Positions 45,181 to 55,258 of a DNA stretch of 57,561 bases are shown one piece after another. The stretch is from a bacterium. Lineage in GTDB: Bacteria; Bdellovibrionota; FAC87; UBA2466. The stretch is from the NCBI GenBank assembly GCA_009927045.1, contig RFNT01000218.1, positions 1 through 57,561 on the forward strand. Direction: 5' to 3'. The first letter of the stretch is position 1. The number at the start of each line of letters is the position of its first letter. The position numbers were made by a program, and so were the translations under genes. Below the pieces are notes generated by a model. It searched no databases. It was not told the origin of the DNA and saw only the letters and a program-made list of their open reading frames with translations.

Positions 45181-47715
45181 GTGAAAATCGTGCTCAATCG
45201 ACTTCGAAACAAGAAATCAGCCAACTGGATTTTGATCACAGCCGTGATCTGCCTGTTTGTGCTTTCGAAGCAAAAGAGTCGTGTTGTTTCTCAGCCTCAA
45301 AAACCAGTTGCGGCTCCTGTATTAGCAGCGCCAGAATTGCCAACGCTTCCCGAAGTAGAACTCCCCGAAGTATTACCCAAGCGTATTTTCACACGTCAGC
45401 TCAACCCTCGAAAATTGACCACGAAAAAAGCGAGCACCAAAAAAGCACCTTCGCAGAGAACGGCTCGACACAAAAAACACATTCGTCGGTTGAATGCCAA
45501 AGAACTGGCTCAACTTTATCAAGTGGTGGATCAGGGCCTCGCCGAATCACCCCAAGGTGCGGTACTCAACGTGGACCCATTTGAGAGCTTGGCCAATTTA
45601 GATCCTGGTTTTTCGTTTGCAGTGGCTATTCCCAGAGAAAACCCGGTCACCCTTCAAGAAGGTGTGTTGGCGGCTGCGGATTTATCTGCATATCAGGCGA
45701 GCTTGGCTCAGTATGGAGAAGTGCCTCAATTAGAGGAGCTTCCCCGTCCGAAGACACCTGAAGCTTCCCATGCTGAAGTGGTGGCGACAGTTTCAAGCGA
45801 AGATTCTTCTAACGAAGCTCGGTTAGAGCCTCAACCAGAGCTAGCAACAGAAGCTGAGGAAGACCTGGCACCAGAGCCGGAAGTCGAGACAGAGCGCGTG
45901 ACTACTCAACCGCAACCGCAAATAGCAGAGCCCGAACTCGTACGGCCGCCCCAGAAAACCCATTCAGCAGCTCCATTGTTGGCTGTGCCGTCGGAAGTGA
46001 GTTCCGTGGTGAGCCAAGGGAAAAAAGCGTTGAAGAGTATTCAAAATGCGCTGGCTCCTGAGAAAAAAGAAGCGGCACCTGGGTTGACTACTCAAAAGAA
46101 AAGTTCCAATCGCTATTTGGTTCCAGGGGTCGAGCCCACTCAAACTCGAAGCTCCGAACCTGTTGGGAAGCTCTATGGGAAGCTTTCTTATGACAGAGAT
46201 CTGCACCACTGGCTGGAGTTGGAAAAAGGCCACGTGGAATTGAGATTACAAAAAGCACTGTCATTAGATCCGGCCGACATGATTTTTGTAGAGTATCAAT
46301 TTCCCAACCGAGATTTTTCCTGGGATGGAAGACAAGTAGTGGGAGATTATCAGCTGATTGCGAGCATTTTTAAAGCAAGCAGCCAAGAAGCGGTAGCCCA
46401 AGTTGTTTATCCTCAAATACTGAACGCTCAAAGCGCCAAACAGATGGTGGTCTTTCATTTGCGAAAAGTACAAGTGATGGAAGCCATTCGTTCAGCGCAA
46501 CTTCAAGTTCAAGCGGGGGTGGTGCTGTCGGGAACTGTTTTCGAGGCAAATACAGCAGATCACCAAGATTTAAAAACTATTCCGGGTGCTGAAATTGCGG
46601 TGAATGGATTTCCCGAATGGGGCACGTTTAAGACCAATGCGCAAGGGTCCTTTAGAATTCCGCAGGCGGCCTCCCACAGTGAATTCGTTCTCACAGTCAC
46701 GGCTCCCGAACACTATCCGACTCAAGTCACCATTCCAGTTTTCCAGACGACTGGCTATGTATCTGTGCATTTAGTTCCCAAAAAGATCGTCAACACGATC
46801 ACGACTCATTTTACTCAGCGCCCGCAAATGGAGGATAAGGCGATTGTATGGGGCCGGCTCTTTAATGCGCAATCCAGAGCCCCGGAATCCAACCAGGAAA
46901 TTTTCTTATCGGGTCGTCGCGGACGCGCCCTGTACTTTGGGCTTCTCCCTGACAAAAACTTAAGGGCAACGACCGCAACGGGATCCTTTGCATATTTCAA
47001 TGTCGAGCCAGCTTTCCGATCTCTAGGGAAAAGAGATTCGACAGCATTTGATCTCATACAAGCGCTTCCAGGGTATGCCTATTACGTAGAGTTGGGACGC
47101 ACAGGCCAACACACATTAAAGGGTGTGGTTAAGGACCCCTATCGCCAGCAACCCGTTCCTGGCCAAGTGAAAGTAGTGGGTTCGCCGCTTTCAGTGGAAA
47201 CCGATGAGCACGGCCACTTTGAAATCAGTGGCATTGAATTATCTCCAGGCGTTCTGACGCTGGAAATTTCAGCCGAGGGGTATCCCACTTCCTGGCATAC
47301 TCTTCCTTGGAGTTCTCAGGACAGAATGCAAGTACACACTTTCTATTTACCTGAATCAGAGCTGGTAGAGGCAGCAAGAACGAGCGTCGCCCGGGCAGTC
47401 GAAGCCCCTCAGACGGGTGTGCTGTTGGGGGGAGCGGACCAGGGATTCTTCGGCGATCGTAAGCAGTGTGTTTATGTTTCTCTTGAAAACATTCAGGGAG
47501 AGCGCGTGAGTGGGGAGCAGGGACCTTATCCTCTCAACCGAGCAGACGTGGACCCTCGTAAGCCGCTCTGTCTCTCAAAATATCGACCCGGCTTTTCCTT
47601 TTTCAACTTAAAACCCAATCAATATGTTTTGAAGTGGCACTCAGCTCAAGGCGAGCTTCTTCGCACCCATGTCACCCGTGTGGGCGCCGACAGAGTCAGC
47701 ATTCTTGTGAATTAA
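45181..47715 (+). CDS. large envelope protein with an N-terminal anchor and carboxypeptidase-regulatory-like beta-sandwich repeats
   Basis: GTG start after GGAAG. TM segment WILITAVICLFVL. Pro/Glu-rich spacer. Repeated G.V......PG..V.V......T...G.F.I patterns. Confidence 0.7.
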   Translation: MKIVLNRLRNKKSANWILITAVICLFVLSKQKSRVVSQPQKPVAAPVLAAPELPTLPEVELPEVLPKRIFTRQLNPRKLTTKKASTKKAPSQRTARHKKHIRRLNAKELAQLYQVVDQGLAESPQGAVLNVDPFESLANLDPGFSFAVAIPRENPVTLQEGVLAAADLSAYQASLAQYGEVPQLEELPRPKTPEASHAEVVATVSSEDSSNEARLEPQPELATEAEEDLAPEPEVETERVTTQPQPQIAEPELVRPPQKTHSAAPLLAVPSEVSSVVSQGKKALKSIQNALAPEKKEAAPGLTTQKKSSNRYLVPGVEPTQTRSSEPVGKLYGKLSYDRDLHHWLELEKGHVELRLQKALSLDPADMIFVEYQFPNRDFSWDGRQVVGDYQLIASIFKASSQEAVAQVVYPQILNAQSAKQMVVFHLRKVQVMEAIRSAQLQVQAGVVLSGTVFEANTADHQDLKTIPGAEIAVNGFPEWGTFKTNAQGSFRIPQAASHSEFVLTVTAPEHYPTQVTIPVFQTTGYVSVHLVPKKIVNTITTHFTQRPQMEDKAIVWGRLFNAQSRAPESNQEIFLSGRRGRALYFGLLPDKNLRATTATGSFAYFNVEPAFRSLGKRDSTAFDLIQALPGYAYYVELGRTGQHTLKGVVKDPYRQQPVPGQVKVVGSPLSVETDEHGHFEISGIELSPGVLTLEISAEGYPTSWHTLPWSSQDRMQVHTFYLPESELVEAARTSVARAVEAPQTGVLLGGADQGFFGDRKQCVYVSLENIQGERVSGEQGPYPLNRADVDPRKPLCLSKYRPGFSFFNLKPNQYVLKWHSAQGELLRTHVTRVGADRVSILVN

Positions 47716-48968
47716 AATCGCTGTTTTCTTTCCTTGATTCCAGGGCTCTTAAATACGATGTGGGATTCAAACGGCGAAAGTTCGTGTTCAAAGATGATGT
47801 CTTTGTACTGTTCTAAAAGATTTACTGCTAACACTTCCGCAAAGAAGTTCCTTCCTGCAAACCCCAAATCTTCCTTAATGGGAATGTTTTGAAAGTCCTC
47901 GACTGTTTCGACCTCATATTTCTGACTGAGTCTTCGAATGCGTCCGACGCCAGAATTATAAGCGGTGACGGCGAGTCCCCAATTGGGGAGCACATTTCGG
48001 TAGAGCTGGAGCAGTTTTGCAGCAGCTTTGCTCTGAGCGATGGGGTCCCGCCACAGTTCGACAGAATCTCGATGGATCATCTGTTTAGCGGTTTCTCGAA
48101 CAAACTGCCACAAGCCAATGGCACCGATCCGTGAGAAAGCATTCGGGTTGAAAGACGATTCCACAAAGGGAATTCGGGTGAGCCCCAGTGGCAGTCCTCG
48201 CTCTGCAAAAATGGCTTCAATTTGTGGCATCAAAATTTGAGATCGTTGTATGCCCGCTAGAAAATGATCGCGCTGGCCTGTCTGGGTTCTTAAATCTCTC
48301 AGAATTCGGCGTACATTTTTCTCATCTAAACCCCCAGCGAGCTCTAGGAGACTGCGTAAACTTTGTCGCTCTAAGTCGGACAGAAGTTGGGTTTCGGAAA
48401 GTCCCGCAGCTTCTTTGATTCGGTCTTTAAGCGCTTTTAAAACAAAGCGCTCAGTGCGTTCTGCTCCATAGCTATTAGCACCGGAAATGGTGCCAAAGAT
48501 GATCTCTGGATTGCGTTTATCATGAACAATTTTGATGTCACTGGAGTAGCGCCCAAAAACCTGTAACCAAAAGCCCACTCGGCCCCGGAGTCCTGCTGGA
48601 ATTTTAAATTCACTCTCGAGCCGATTCGACGGGTCTTCCATCAACTTGTCTAAATCGGTGAATGCCAGCGACCAGTTGTCTTTGTGGTGGGTAGCATTCC
48701 CCTGAAAGCGCCTTTCAAGCTCTAGTAAGGAGAATTGCTCCCAGCTTGGATTGAACTTTTGCCAGTACCCCACACGCACTGGATTGGCTTTCAAAACTTC
48801 GTGCGGGGAGAGGAGCGGCGAGCTTTCCATTTCAACCGCACTGAACCCATCCTCTTGAGACGACGAAAAGCTGACCAAGAAAGAAGAGAGGAACATACAA
48901 AGTGCCGTAGTCACGGAAGTATGCTTCCAGAATGCGGTCCTGAGTTTGTGCTTCGTACGCTTGTTCAT
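47712..48968 (-). CDS. lytic murein transglycosylase (SLT domain)
   Basis: VESSFNPNAFSRIGAIGLWQF catalytic region. ATG 48968 gives a signal/anchor. Confidence 0.85.
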   Translation of the reverse strand: MNKRTKHKLRTAFWKHTSVTTALCMFLSSFLVSFSSSQEDGFSAVEMESSPLLSPHEVLKANPVRVGYWQKFNPSWEQFSLLELERRFQGNATHHKDNWSLAFTDLDKLMEDPSNRLESEFKIPAGLRGRVGFWLQVFGRYSSDIKIVHDKRNPEIIFGTISGANSYGAERTERFVLKALKDRIKEAAGLSETQLLSDLERQSLRSLLELAGGLDEKNVRRILRDLRTQTGQRDHFLAGIQRSQILMPQIEAIFAERGLPLGLTRIPFVESSFNPNAFSRIGAIGLWQFVRETAKQMIHRDSVELWRDPIAQSKAAAKLLQLYRNVLPNWGLAVTAYNSGVGRIRRLSQKYEVETVEDFQNIPIKEDLGFAGRNFFAEVLAVNLLEQYKDIIFEHELSPFESHIVFKSPGIKERKQRF

Positions 48969-49121
48969 GAGCTCCCAGACGTGCGCGTGACAAATTTTGT
49001 TTATCAGCATGCACGAAATTCACCAAAAGACAGACCCCACGCGGGTCAGTCTCCGGGTTCGCGGGTTGGAATCGCAAGGCATGTGCCATTTCGTGCGTAT
49101 TCTGCAAGAAAACGACTAGAT

Positions 49122-50357
49122 TTATATGGGCTGGAGGTCGTACTTCCGTAGTTCAGCCATCGCACGCTTATAGCCGATGGTCACTACTTCCTGGAGAGTT
49201 GCGGCGTTCAGAGTGAAGTGGTCGCCGAAGAACATCTGTTTGTCCTTAGCTTCCGGATGAATGAAAATATAATTCAGCCGCTCCTTGAAATCGATTCGTT
49301 CCGCAAGCAACTTTAAAAGTTCTGGCAAATCCTCTTCCGGATATTTTTTGTTTTTGAAAAACTCGCGTACGGTTTCAAGCACTAGGCTCTTGTTTTCGTG
49401 AGCGCGTTTAGCGGCATATACTTTTTGCTCAATGGCTTGATAAAGCGCTTGGATCACAATAGCGGGCATTCCATAGTGAACCAGCGAACCTATCTCTTCC
49501 CGATAATGATAGGGCTGGTGGGTATAGGAACAAATTAATAAATCGCACCCGTTTTCTTTAGCAACATGGGTGGAAAGCGTTTCTCGAATTTCCCCATCAA
49601 TGTAATAGCGTGTCTTGTCGGGGCCGTGCTTGACTTTGTAAGGTGCAAAAATGGGCGGTAAGGAGAGGGATGCACCCACAGCATCGTAAATGGTTGCATT
49701 GGAAGCATACTGTGAATACTCATCGTAAGTTTTTTCCGTGCTGTAACGACCGAAAATGATTTTACGGGAGTGATCCAACTGAGTTCCCACAATAAACAGG
49801 TCAGGCTTTAGCTCATGAAAATGAGGGGTGGGAAGCACGTGATTCTGCAAATACTTTGCTATGCCTACGGTCGAGAACAGCCCAGGTAATCGCAGGTTTT
49901 TAAGCACGAAAGATTCAAAAGTCCGTCCCAGAATAGGACTTTGCCGAAAGCTCTTGAGGATGGCAGCCGGCTTGGGCCAATTGATTTTCAGCATATCTCG
50001 ATACTGAATTTTTGGAATTTCTTGAAACTCGCCTGGAATCCGGAAATTAATATCTGAGGTGAAGGAGTTGATCAGGGATTCCACAGGAATTCCGGATGCC
50101 AACAAAGTGGTGATGAGAGCTCCGGCGCTGGAACCCACATAAGTCGCAATTTGCTGCGGGTGATACTTGGGAGGGGGATAGGGGACAGAATTGATTTCCG
50201 ATGGAGCTTCCGCTTTTCCTCCAACGAACGAGAATCCTTTGTCTCTGAGCGCCAAACAAACTCCGATATGAAAAGCCGCCGCTTTTGTAGCGCCACCACT
50301 ACAGACAAGCCCTGCTTTAGTAAATTCAACTCGGCTTTTTGCTCGTTCTTTGCCCAT
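49122..50357 (-). CDS. patatin-like phospholipase
   Basis: GGATKAAAFHIG oxyanion loop, GSSAG (GxSxG), and DGE (catalytic Asp context). Confidence 0.85.
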   Translation of the reverse strand: MGKERAKSRVEFTKAGLVCSGGATKAAAFHIGVCLALRDKGFSFVGGKAEAPSEINSVPYPPPKYHPQQIATYVGSSAGALITTLLASGIPVESLINSFTSDINFRIPGEFQEIPKIQYRDMLKINWPKPAAILKSFRQSPILGRTFESFVLKNLRLPGLFSTVGIAKYLQNHVLPTPHFHELKPDLFIVGTQLDHSRKIIFGRYSTEKTYDEYSQYASNATIYDAVGASLSLPPIFAPYKVKHGPDKTRYYIDGEIRETLSTHVAKENGCDLLICSYTHQPYHYREEIGSLVHYGMPAIVIQALYQAIEQKVYAAKRAHENKSLVLETVREFFKNKKYPEEDLPELLKLLAERIDFKERLNYIFIHPEAKDKQMFFGDHFTLNAATLQEVVTIGYKRAMAELRKYDLQPI

Positions 50358-51326
50358 TCAATTTCCTAGAATAATCACTTCGCACTCCAGCGTCACTCCA
50401 AATTGGGCGCTTACAGTATCTTTTGTGAGTTGTATGAGATCTAAAATGTCCTGCGCGGTGGCATTTCCCTTGTTGAGAATAAAGTTGGCGTGTTTTTCAG
50501 AAATTTGCGCCCCCCCAACGGTACGTCCTTTTAAACCCGTCTTTTCTATCAGTCGTCCAGCAGAGTGTCCTGGTGGGTTTTTAAAAGTGGAGCCACAACT
50601 GGGATAATCCAATGGCTGTTTCTCAGCTCTTTCCTGGATGATCCTTTCCACTTCCTGTCTGAGCGCTTGCGGATCGCCCGGTTTCATTTCAAAAGTCGCC
50701 CAAAGTACGAGACTATCTTTCACCGCATTTTGTTCTCTGTAACCAAAATGGAATTGATCGCGAGTGAGGGTTCTTGCTCCTTTTGAAAAGTCAAAAACAC
50801 GAAGCTCTTTGAGAATGTCTCCATAACATCCGTACTTAGTGCCAGCATTCATAAAAATCCCGCCACCGATACTCCCAGGCACTCCCGAACTGAATTCTAA
50901 ACCTGCTAAGCCGCGTTCCACTGCCCAATTCAAAAGTTCCGGCTTGCTCACTCCGCCCCCAGCGCGCACCCAAGTCGTTAACTGCTCCTTGGCGGGGGTC
51001 ACAACTTCTATTTCTCGAAACGCTTTTTCTAAGGAGACTGTAATGCCACGAAGCCCACTATCTTTGACCAATAAATTGGTGCCCCTTCCTATAATGGTCA
51101 CTGGAAGGTGGAAGTGGCGTGCTTGATCAGAAATCCAAATCAGATCCGTTTCGGTGCGTGGGAATACTAAAATATCCGCAGGCCCACCCACCCTATAAGC
51201 GACATGTTCCTTGAGGGGAGCATCAAAAAGAACATTCTCTTGGAAATGATTCCGAAAAAGATTCCGAAGCTCGGTGAGCGAGGCGCTAGAAGAGCGATTT
51301 GTAAACACTCGGCAAATCTCCTGCAC
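50358..51326 (-). CDS. murB: UDP-N-acetylenolpyruvoylglucosamine reductase
   Basis: FAD-binding YRVGGPAD..GRGTNLLV and the C-terminal GSTFKNP..AG.LIE. The start overlaps the murC end, so it is uncertain. Confidence 0.9.
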   Translation of the reverse strand: MQEICRVFTNRSSSASLTELRNLFRNHFQENVLFDAPLKEHVAYRVGGPADILVFPRTETDLIWISDQARHFHLPVTIIGRGTNLLVKDSGLRGITVSLEKAFREIEVVTPAKEQLTTWVRAGGGVSKPELLNWAVERGLAGLEFSSGVPGSIGGGIFMNAGTKYGCYGDILKELRVFDFSKGARTLTRDQFHFGYREQNAVKDSLVLWATFEMKPGDPQALRQEVERIIQERAEKQPLDYPSCGSTFKNPPGHSAGRLIEKTGLKGRTVGGAQISEKHANFILNKGNATAQDILDLIQLTKDTVSAQFGVTLECEVIILGN

Positions 51327-52644
51327 CTAAAGTCAAAATAATATCTCCGGGCGCACTCTCCCGAAGCCAGTTCTCAATTGCAGCTAAGGGCTGTCCTGCT
51401 TCCACCACTTGAGGATGACCAGTTTGAGAAATGTTTTGAACTAAAGCAGAAGCACTCACGCCTGGAATGGCAGTTTCTCCAGCAGCATAGATCTCTGTTA
51501 CAGCGACGGCATCACAGAAGCGAAAACAGGAGGAGAACTGGTCAAAAAGATCTTCGGTTCTTGAATAGCGATGCGGCTGAAACACGACCCGAATTTTACT
51601 TTGAGGAAACCGTTCTCTTGCCGCTGAAAGAGTTGCGTTGATTTCAGTGGGGTGATGAGCATAATCATCAATCAAAGTTACGCCTTTGAGCTCACCACGT
51701 TTTTGAAACCGACGTTGCACGCCTTGATAACTTCGCAAAGCTTCTAGAGAGCGTTCTCTAGGCACAGAAAGTTCATCGGCAACCGCAAGGGCGGCAACTG
51801 CATTCAATACATTGTGTTTTCCGGGTACTTGGAGAGAGAGCGTGAATACGTCTGTTCCTGCTTGAATGCGACAATCTGTTCCGTGAGCAGTGGGCGTGTA
51901 TTCCACAATCCGATAAAAGTTTTCAGGTTGAAATCCGTAAGTTTTCCTTCTTCGAGACAGCTTAGGAAGCAGCATTTTTAAGTATGGGTCATCTCCGCAA
52001 ATCACAGAGAGCCCATAAAAAGGAATTTTGTTTAAAAATGAAACGAAAGCCTTTTTCAGCTTGGCCATGGTTTCGTAGTGATCCATGTGTTCGCGATCCA
52101 TATTGGTCACCACGGCAATAGAAGGAGTGAGCAAATTGAACGATCCATCGCTCTCATCGGCTTCTACCACCATAAAGTCACCTGCACCCAATCGCGCATT
52201 GGTACCACCAAAATTATCCATGCGACCGCCGACTACAATCGTCGGGTCGAGTCCGGCTTGAGTTAATGTGAGCGCAATCATTGAAGTGGTTGTGGTTTTT
52301 CCATGGGCCCCTGCTACGGCAATGCCGTACTTCAACCGCATCAGTTCAGCTAACATTTCTGCTCTTGGGATGCAGGGAATCTCTCGCTTTAAAGCTTCCG
52401 CCAGTTCAGGATTTTGCGGAGTTACGGCCGATGAATAAACGACCAAATCGGCCCCTTCGATATGATGGCTCAAATGGCCTTGGAAAATCTGAGCCCCCAG
52501 CTGCTTCAAGCGTGCACACAGCTCGGAACCCTTCAAATCAGAGCCGCTCACGGAATACCCGTTTTTGAGTAAAAGTTCAGCGATGCCACTCATGCCGATT
52601 CCACCCACGCCAATCAGGTGTATCTTTTTGATATTATTATACAT
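51286..52644 (-). CDS. murC: UDP-N-acetylmuramate--L-alanine ligase
   Basis: IHLIGVGGIGMSGIAELL and GAHGKTTTTSM are Mur ligase motifs. Confidence 0.93.
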   Translation of the reverse strand: MYNNIKKIHLIGVGGIGMSGIAELLLKNGYSVSGSDLKGSELCARLKQLGAQIFQGHLSHHIEGADLVVYSSAVTPQNPELAEALKREIPCIPRAEMLAELMRLKYGIAVAGAHGKTTTTSMIALTLTQAGLDPTIVVGGRMDNFGGTNARLGAGDFMVVEADESDGSFNLLTPSIAVVTNMDREHMDHYETMAKLKKAFVSFLNKIPFYGLSVICGDDPYLKMLLPKLSRRRKTYGFQPENFYRIVEYTPTAHGTDCRIQAGTDVFTLSLQVPGKHNVLNAVAALAVADELSVPRERSLEALRSYQGVQRRFQKRGELKGVTLIDDYAHHPTEINATLSAARERFPQSKIRVVFQPHRYSRTEDLFDQFSSCFRFCDAVAVTEIYAAGETAIPGVSASALVQNISQTGHPQVVEAGQPLAAIENWLRESAPGDIILTLGAGDLPSVYKSLF

Positions 52645-52664
52645 TTACTAAAACGCCCCCGGCC

Positions 52665-53741
52665 CTAACGCAATGCAGCCTCTATTTGAGAGCCGATGGT
52701 AGCAAGGCCTGAGGCACTTCGCAATCGGGAGGTTTTCTGGGCCATTTGTTCCAGAATCTGGGGCTTCAATAGGCTTTCTACGGCCAGTTTGAGGCGCTCC
52801 TCAAAATGAGGACCTTGTTCAATCACCCGAGCAGCTCCTGCAGTTTCAACGAAGCGGGCATTTGCAGTTTGATCGTTCTGCCCCTGTCGAGGATAAGGAA
52901 CAAAAATAGCGGGTCGACCCATTTGAATCAGTTCCGATACGGTGAGAGCTCCTGCACGACAAATCACCAAGGAAGCTTTTTGATAAGCGGATACCATATC
53001 ATCGATGAACGGAACCGCCCCAAGGTTCGGATTGGAACAACGACGATACCTGGCCTCCACTCGCTCCCAATCCGATTTCCCGGTTTGATGGGTCACATGC
53101 AGGTCTGGCACTTGTTCAAGGAGTTGTGGAATGAGTTCCATCAGAGCGGCATTGATCGCTCGAGCCCCTTGGCTTCCCCCTAAAATTAATAAGTGGAGCG
53201 GGCGTATCGGTAGAGGCAGGGGTGGGGTCGTTAGAAAATTCTCCCGAAGGGGATTTCCAGTAACGATACACTTGTGTGCACTGAAGGCTTCCTCCGCCTG
53301 TTGAAACCCTAAAAATATTTTTTTAGCAATTCTTCCCAGTAAACGGTTAGCAATTCCTACGGATGCATTTTGCTCTTGAAGATAAACGGGAATGCCGAGA
53401 ATAAAGCTGGCAAAACAAACGGGAAAAGAAACATAGCCCCCCACGCCCAGAGTTAAGTCTGGCTTTTCTCTTCTCAGAAAAAAGAGGGCCCAAAAAACTC
53501 CTTTGATCAGCTGAATGAGAGTCCCTATCTTTTTCAGTGCCTTTTGATTTTTGATGGCCCCAGAGGCGACAGTGTAGAAAGGAAATCCTTTTTGAGGAAC
53601 GAACGTACTTTCCATGCCGGAGGCACTTCCCACGTAAAGAACAGATATTTTACGTTTCCGAAGTTCTTCAGCGATGGCGAGTGCAGGGAACACATGGCCT
53701 CCTGTGCCTCCCCCAGTGATCACTACTTTTTTCTTGGTCAT
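52665..53741 (-). CDS. murG: undecaprenyldiphospho-muramoylpentapeptide beta-N-acetylglucosaminyltransferase
   Basis: MTKKKVVITGGGTGGHVFPALA. ATG 53741 overlaps the ftsW stop (ATGA). The ORF track extends spuriously to 53939. Confidence 0.92.
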   Translation of the reverse strand: MTKKKVVITGGGTGGHVFPALAIAEELRKRKISVLYVGSASGMESTFVPQKGFPFYTVASGAIKNQKALKKIGTLIQLIKGVFWALFFLRREKPDLTLGVGGYVSFPVCFASFILGIPVYLQEQNASVGIANRLLGRIAKKIFLGFQQAEEAFSAHKCIVTGNPLRENFLTTPPLPLPIRPLHLLILGGSQGARAINAALMELIPQLLEQVPDLHVTHQTGKSDWERVEARYRRCSNPNLGAVPFIDDMVSAYQKASLVICRAGALTVSELIQMGRPAIFVPYPRQGQNDQTANARFVETAGAARVIEQGPHFEERLKLAVESLLKPQILEQMAQKTSRLRSASGLATIGSQIEAALR

Positions 53742-54844
53742 TCTGAGGCGATCATTCCAGACTGGCGGACTATGTTCAATAAGATTCCCACCATGGCGAG
53801 ATTCACTACTAAAGCGGAACGACCCCAAGAGATGAAAGGCAACGGTAAGCCTTTGACAGGAAGCAACCCGGTAACACCGCCTAAATTCACTGCCACTTGA
53901 GCCGTGAGAAGAAAAGCCAGGCCAAAGGCAAAGTAGCAAGAAAAGGGATCTGCAGCTTTAAAAGAGGTTCTAAAAAGCAGATAGGAAAAATAAGCAAAAA
54001 CCGCGACTACAATGATGGCGCCAACAAACCCCAGCTCTTCTCCAATGAGAGAAAAAATAAAATCGGTGTGGACTTCTGGCAGATAAAACAACTTAGCGTT
54101 TCCATTTCCAAGACCTGAGCCCAAAATGCCACCCGAGTGAAAGGATAGAAAACTTTGGATGCTCTGAAATCCAGAGCCCTGCGGATCAGCCCAAGGGTTC
54201 AAAAAAGCAAACAGACGTTTTCTCCGATACTCCATGTGGAGGAGAGCAGCAGCAAACCCAACACCCCCTAAAACAAAGCCAGTGAGCAGGTACATCAGGC
54301 TTAAACCAGCAATAAAAAACATTCCCAACATGGTGAGCACTAATAAGGTGGTTGTTCCCAAGTCAGGTTGTTTGATGATCATCCCCAACAAAAGTGCAAT
54401 GGCGCCCCCGCGAGCAAGAATTTGGCGGCCAGTGAGCCCTATCATTTTATAATCAGAAAGTACGCGTCCCACAAAAAGAGGGACGGCAATTTTGGAAAGT
54501 TCGCTCGGCTGGAACAAGAAGCCTTGAAATCGAATCCACCGAGTGGCTCCTTGAGCATGGTGCCCAATTCCTGGGAAAAAAGTTGCTGCAACCAAAAGAA
54601 GTTCAACAGCAAAAACACCATAAGCAATCCGATACCAAAACTGAACCTTCACTTTAGAAAGCAGGATCATGAGAAAAAAACCTGCGAGCGCCGTAAGCGC
54701 CTGACGGCTTACAAAATAAAATTCAGATCCATAGCGTTGCAGTGCGGGCACCCCAGTGGCGCTGAACAACATGACTTGCCCCAAGAGTAAAAACAGAACG
54801 ACGCAAGTGATGATTTGACGTTGGAGAGGGGAACTCAGCGGCAT
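53738..54844 (-). CDS. ftsW: SEDS-family peptidoglycan polymerase / cell division protein
   Basis: Polytopic, with QPSELSKI, GQ..LP..HTDFIF and GLLP.KG.PLPFISWG motifs, in a dcw context. Confidence 0.9.
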   Translation of the reverse strand: MPLSSPLQRQIITCVVLFLLLGQVMLFSATGVPALQRYGSEFYFVSRQALTALAGFFLMILLSKVKVQFWYRIAYGVFAVELLLVAATFFPGIGHHAQGATRWIRFQGFLFQPSELSKIAVPLFVGRVLSDYKMIGLTGRQILARGGAIALLLGMIIKQPDLGTTTLLVLTMLGMFFIAGLSLMYLLTGFVLGGVGFAAALLHMEYRRKRLFAFLNPWADPQGSGFQSIQSFLSFHSGGILGSGLGNGNAKLFYLPEVHTDFIFSLIGEELGFVGAIIVVAVFAYFSYLLFRTSFKAADPFSCYFAFGLAFLLTAQVAVNLGGVTGLLPVKGLPLPFISWGRSALVVNLAMVGILLNIVRQSGMIASE

Positions 54845-54856
54845 GTCTTAATAATA

Positions 54857-55255
54857 TCACGGACTTTCGTCTAATGCTTGATTGCACAGCGCATCAGCGA
54901 GCGTGTTTTGTTCTCGACGAATGTGTTGAATATCCACTTTCTTAAAATGAGCCAAGAGCTTCTTGGCTTTAAGCACCAGAGGAATGATGTGGGGGGCTTT
55001 TACTTTATATTCCCCCAGAAGCTGCCGGACCAAGAGCTGAGAGTCGCTTCGCACTTCAATTTCATCAGCTCCTAGTTCAATACTTTTCTCCAGTCCTTTT
55101 AATAGACCTTCGTACTCCGCTACATTGTTCGTCACAACACCCATGCGGGCACCTTGACTGAAAACAATTTCCTCTTGAGCCATGAGTACGAACCCATAAG
55201 CCCCGGGACCAGGATTTCCTCGAGAAGCCCCATCACAAAATAAAACCATACGCAT
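54857..55255 (-). CDS. RNase H-fold protein (RNase HI family)
   Basis: CDGASRGNPGP, NNVAEY, SDSQL and N.LADAL give the DEDD-type RNase H pattern. Confidence 0.85.
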   Translation of the reverse strand: MRMVLFCDGASRGNPGPGAYGFVLMAQEEIVFSQGARMGVVTNNVAEYEGLLKGLEKSIELGADEIEVRSDSQLLVRQLLGEYKVKAPHIIPLVLKAKKLLAHFKKVDIQHIRREQNTLADALCNQALDESP

Positions 55256-55258
55256 GCC

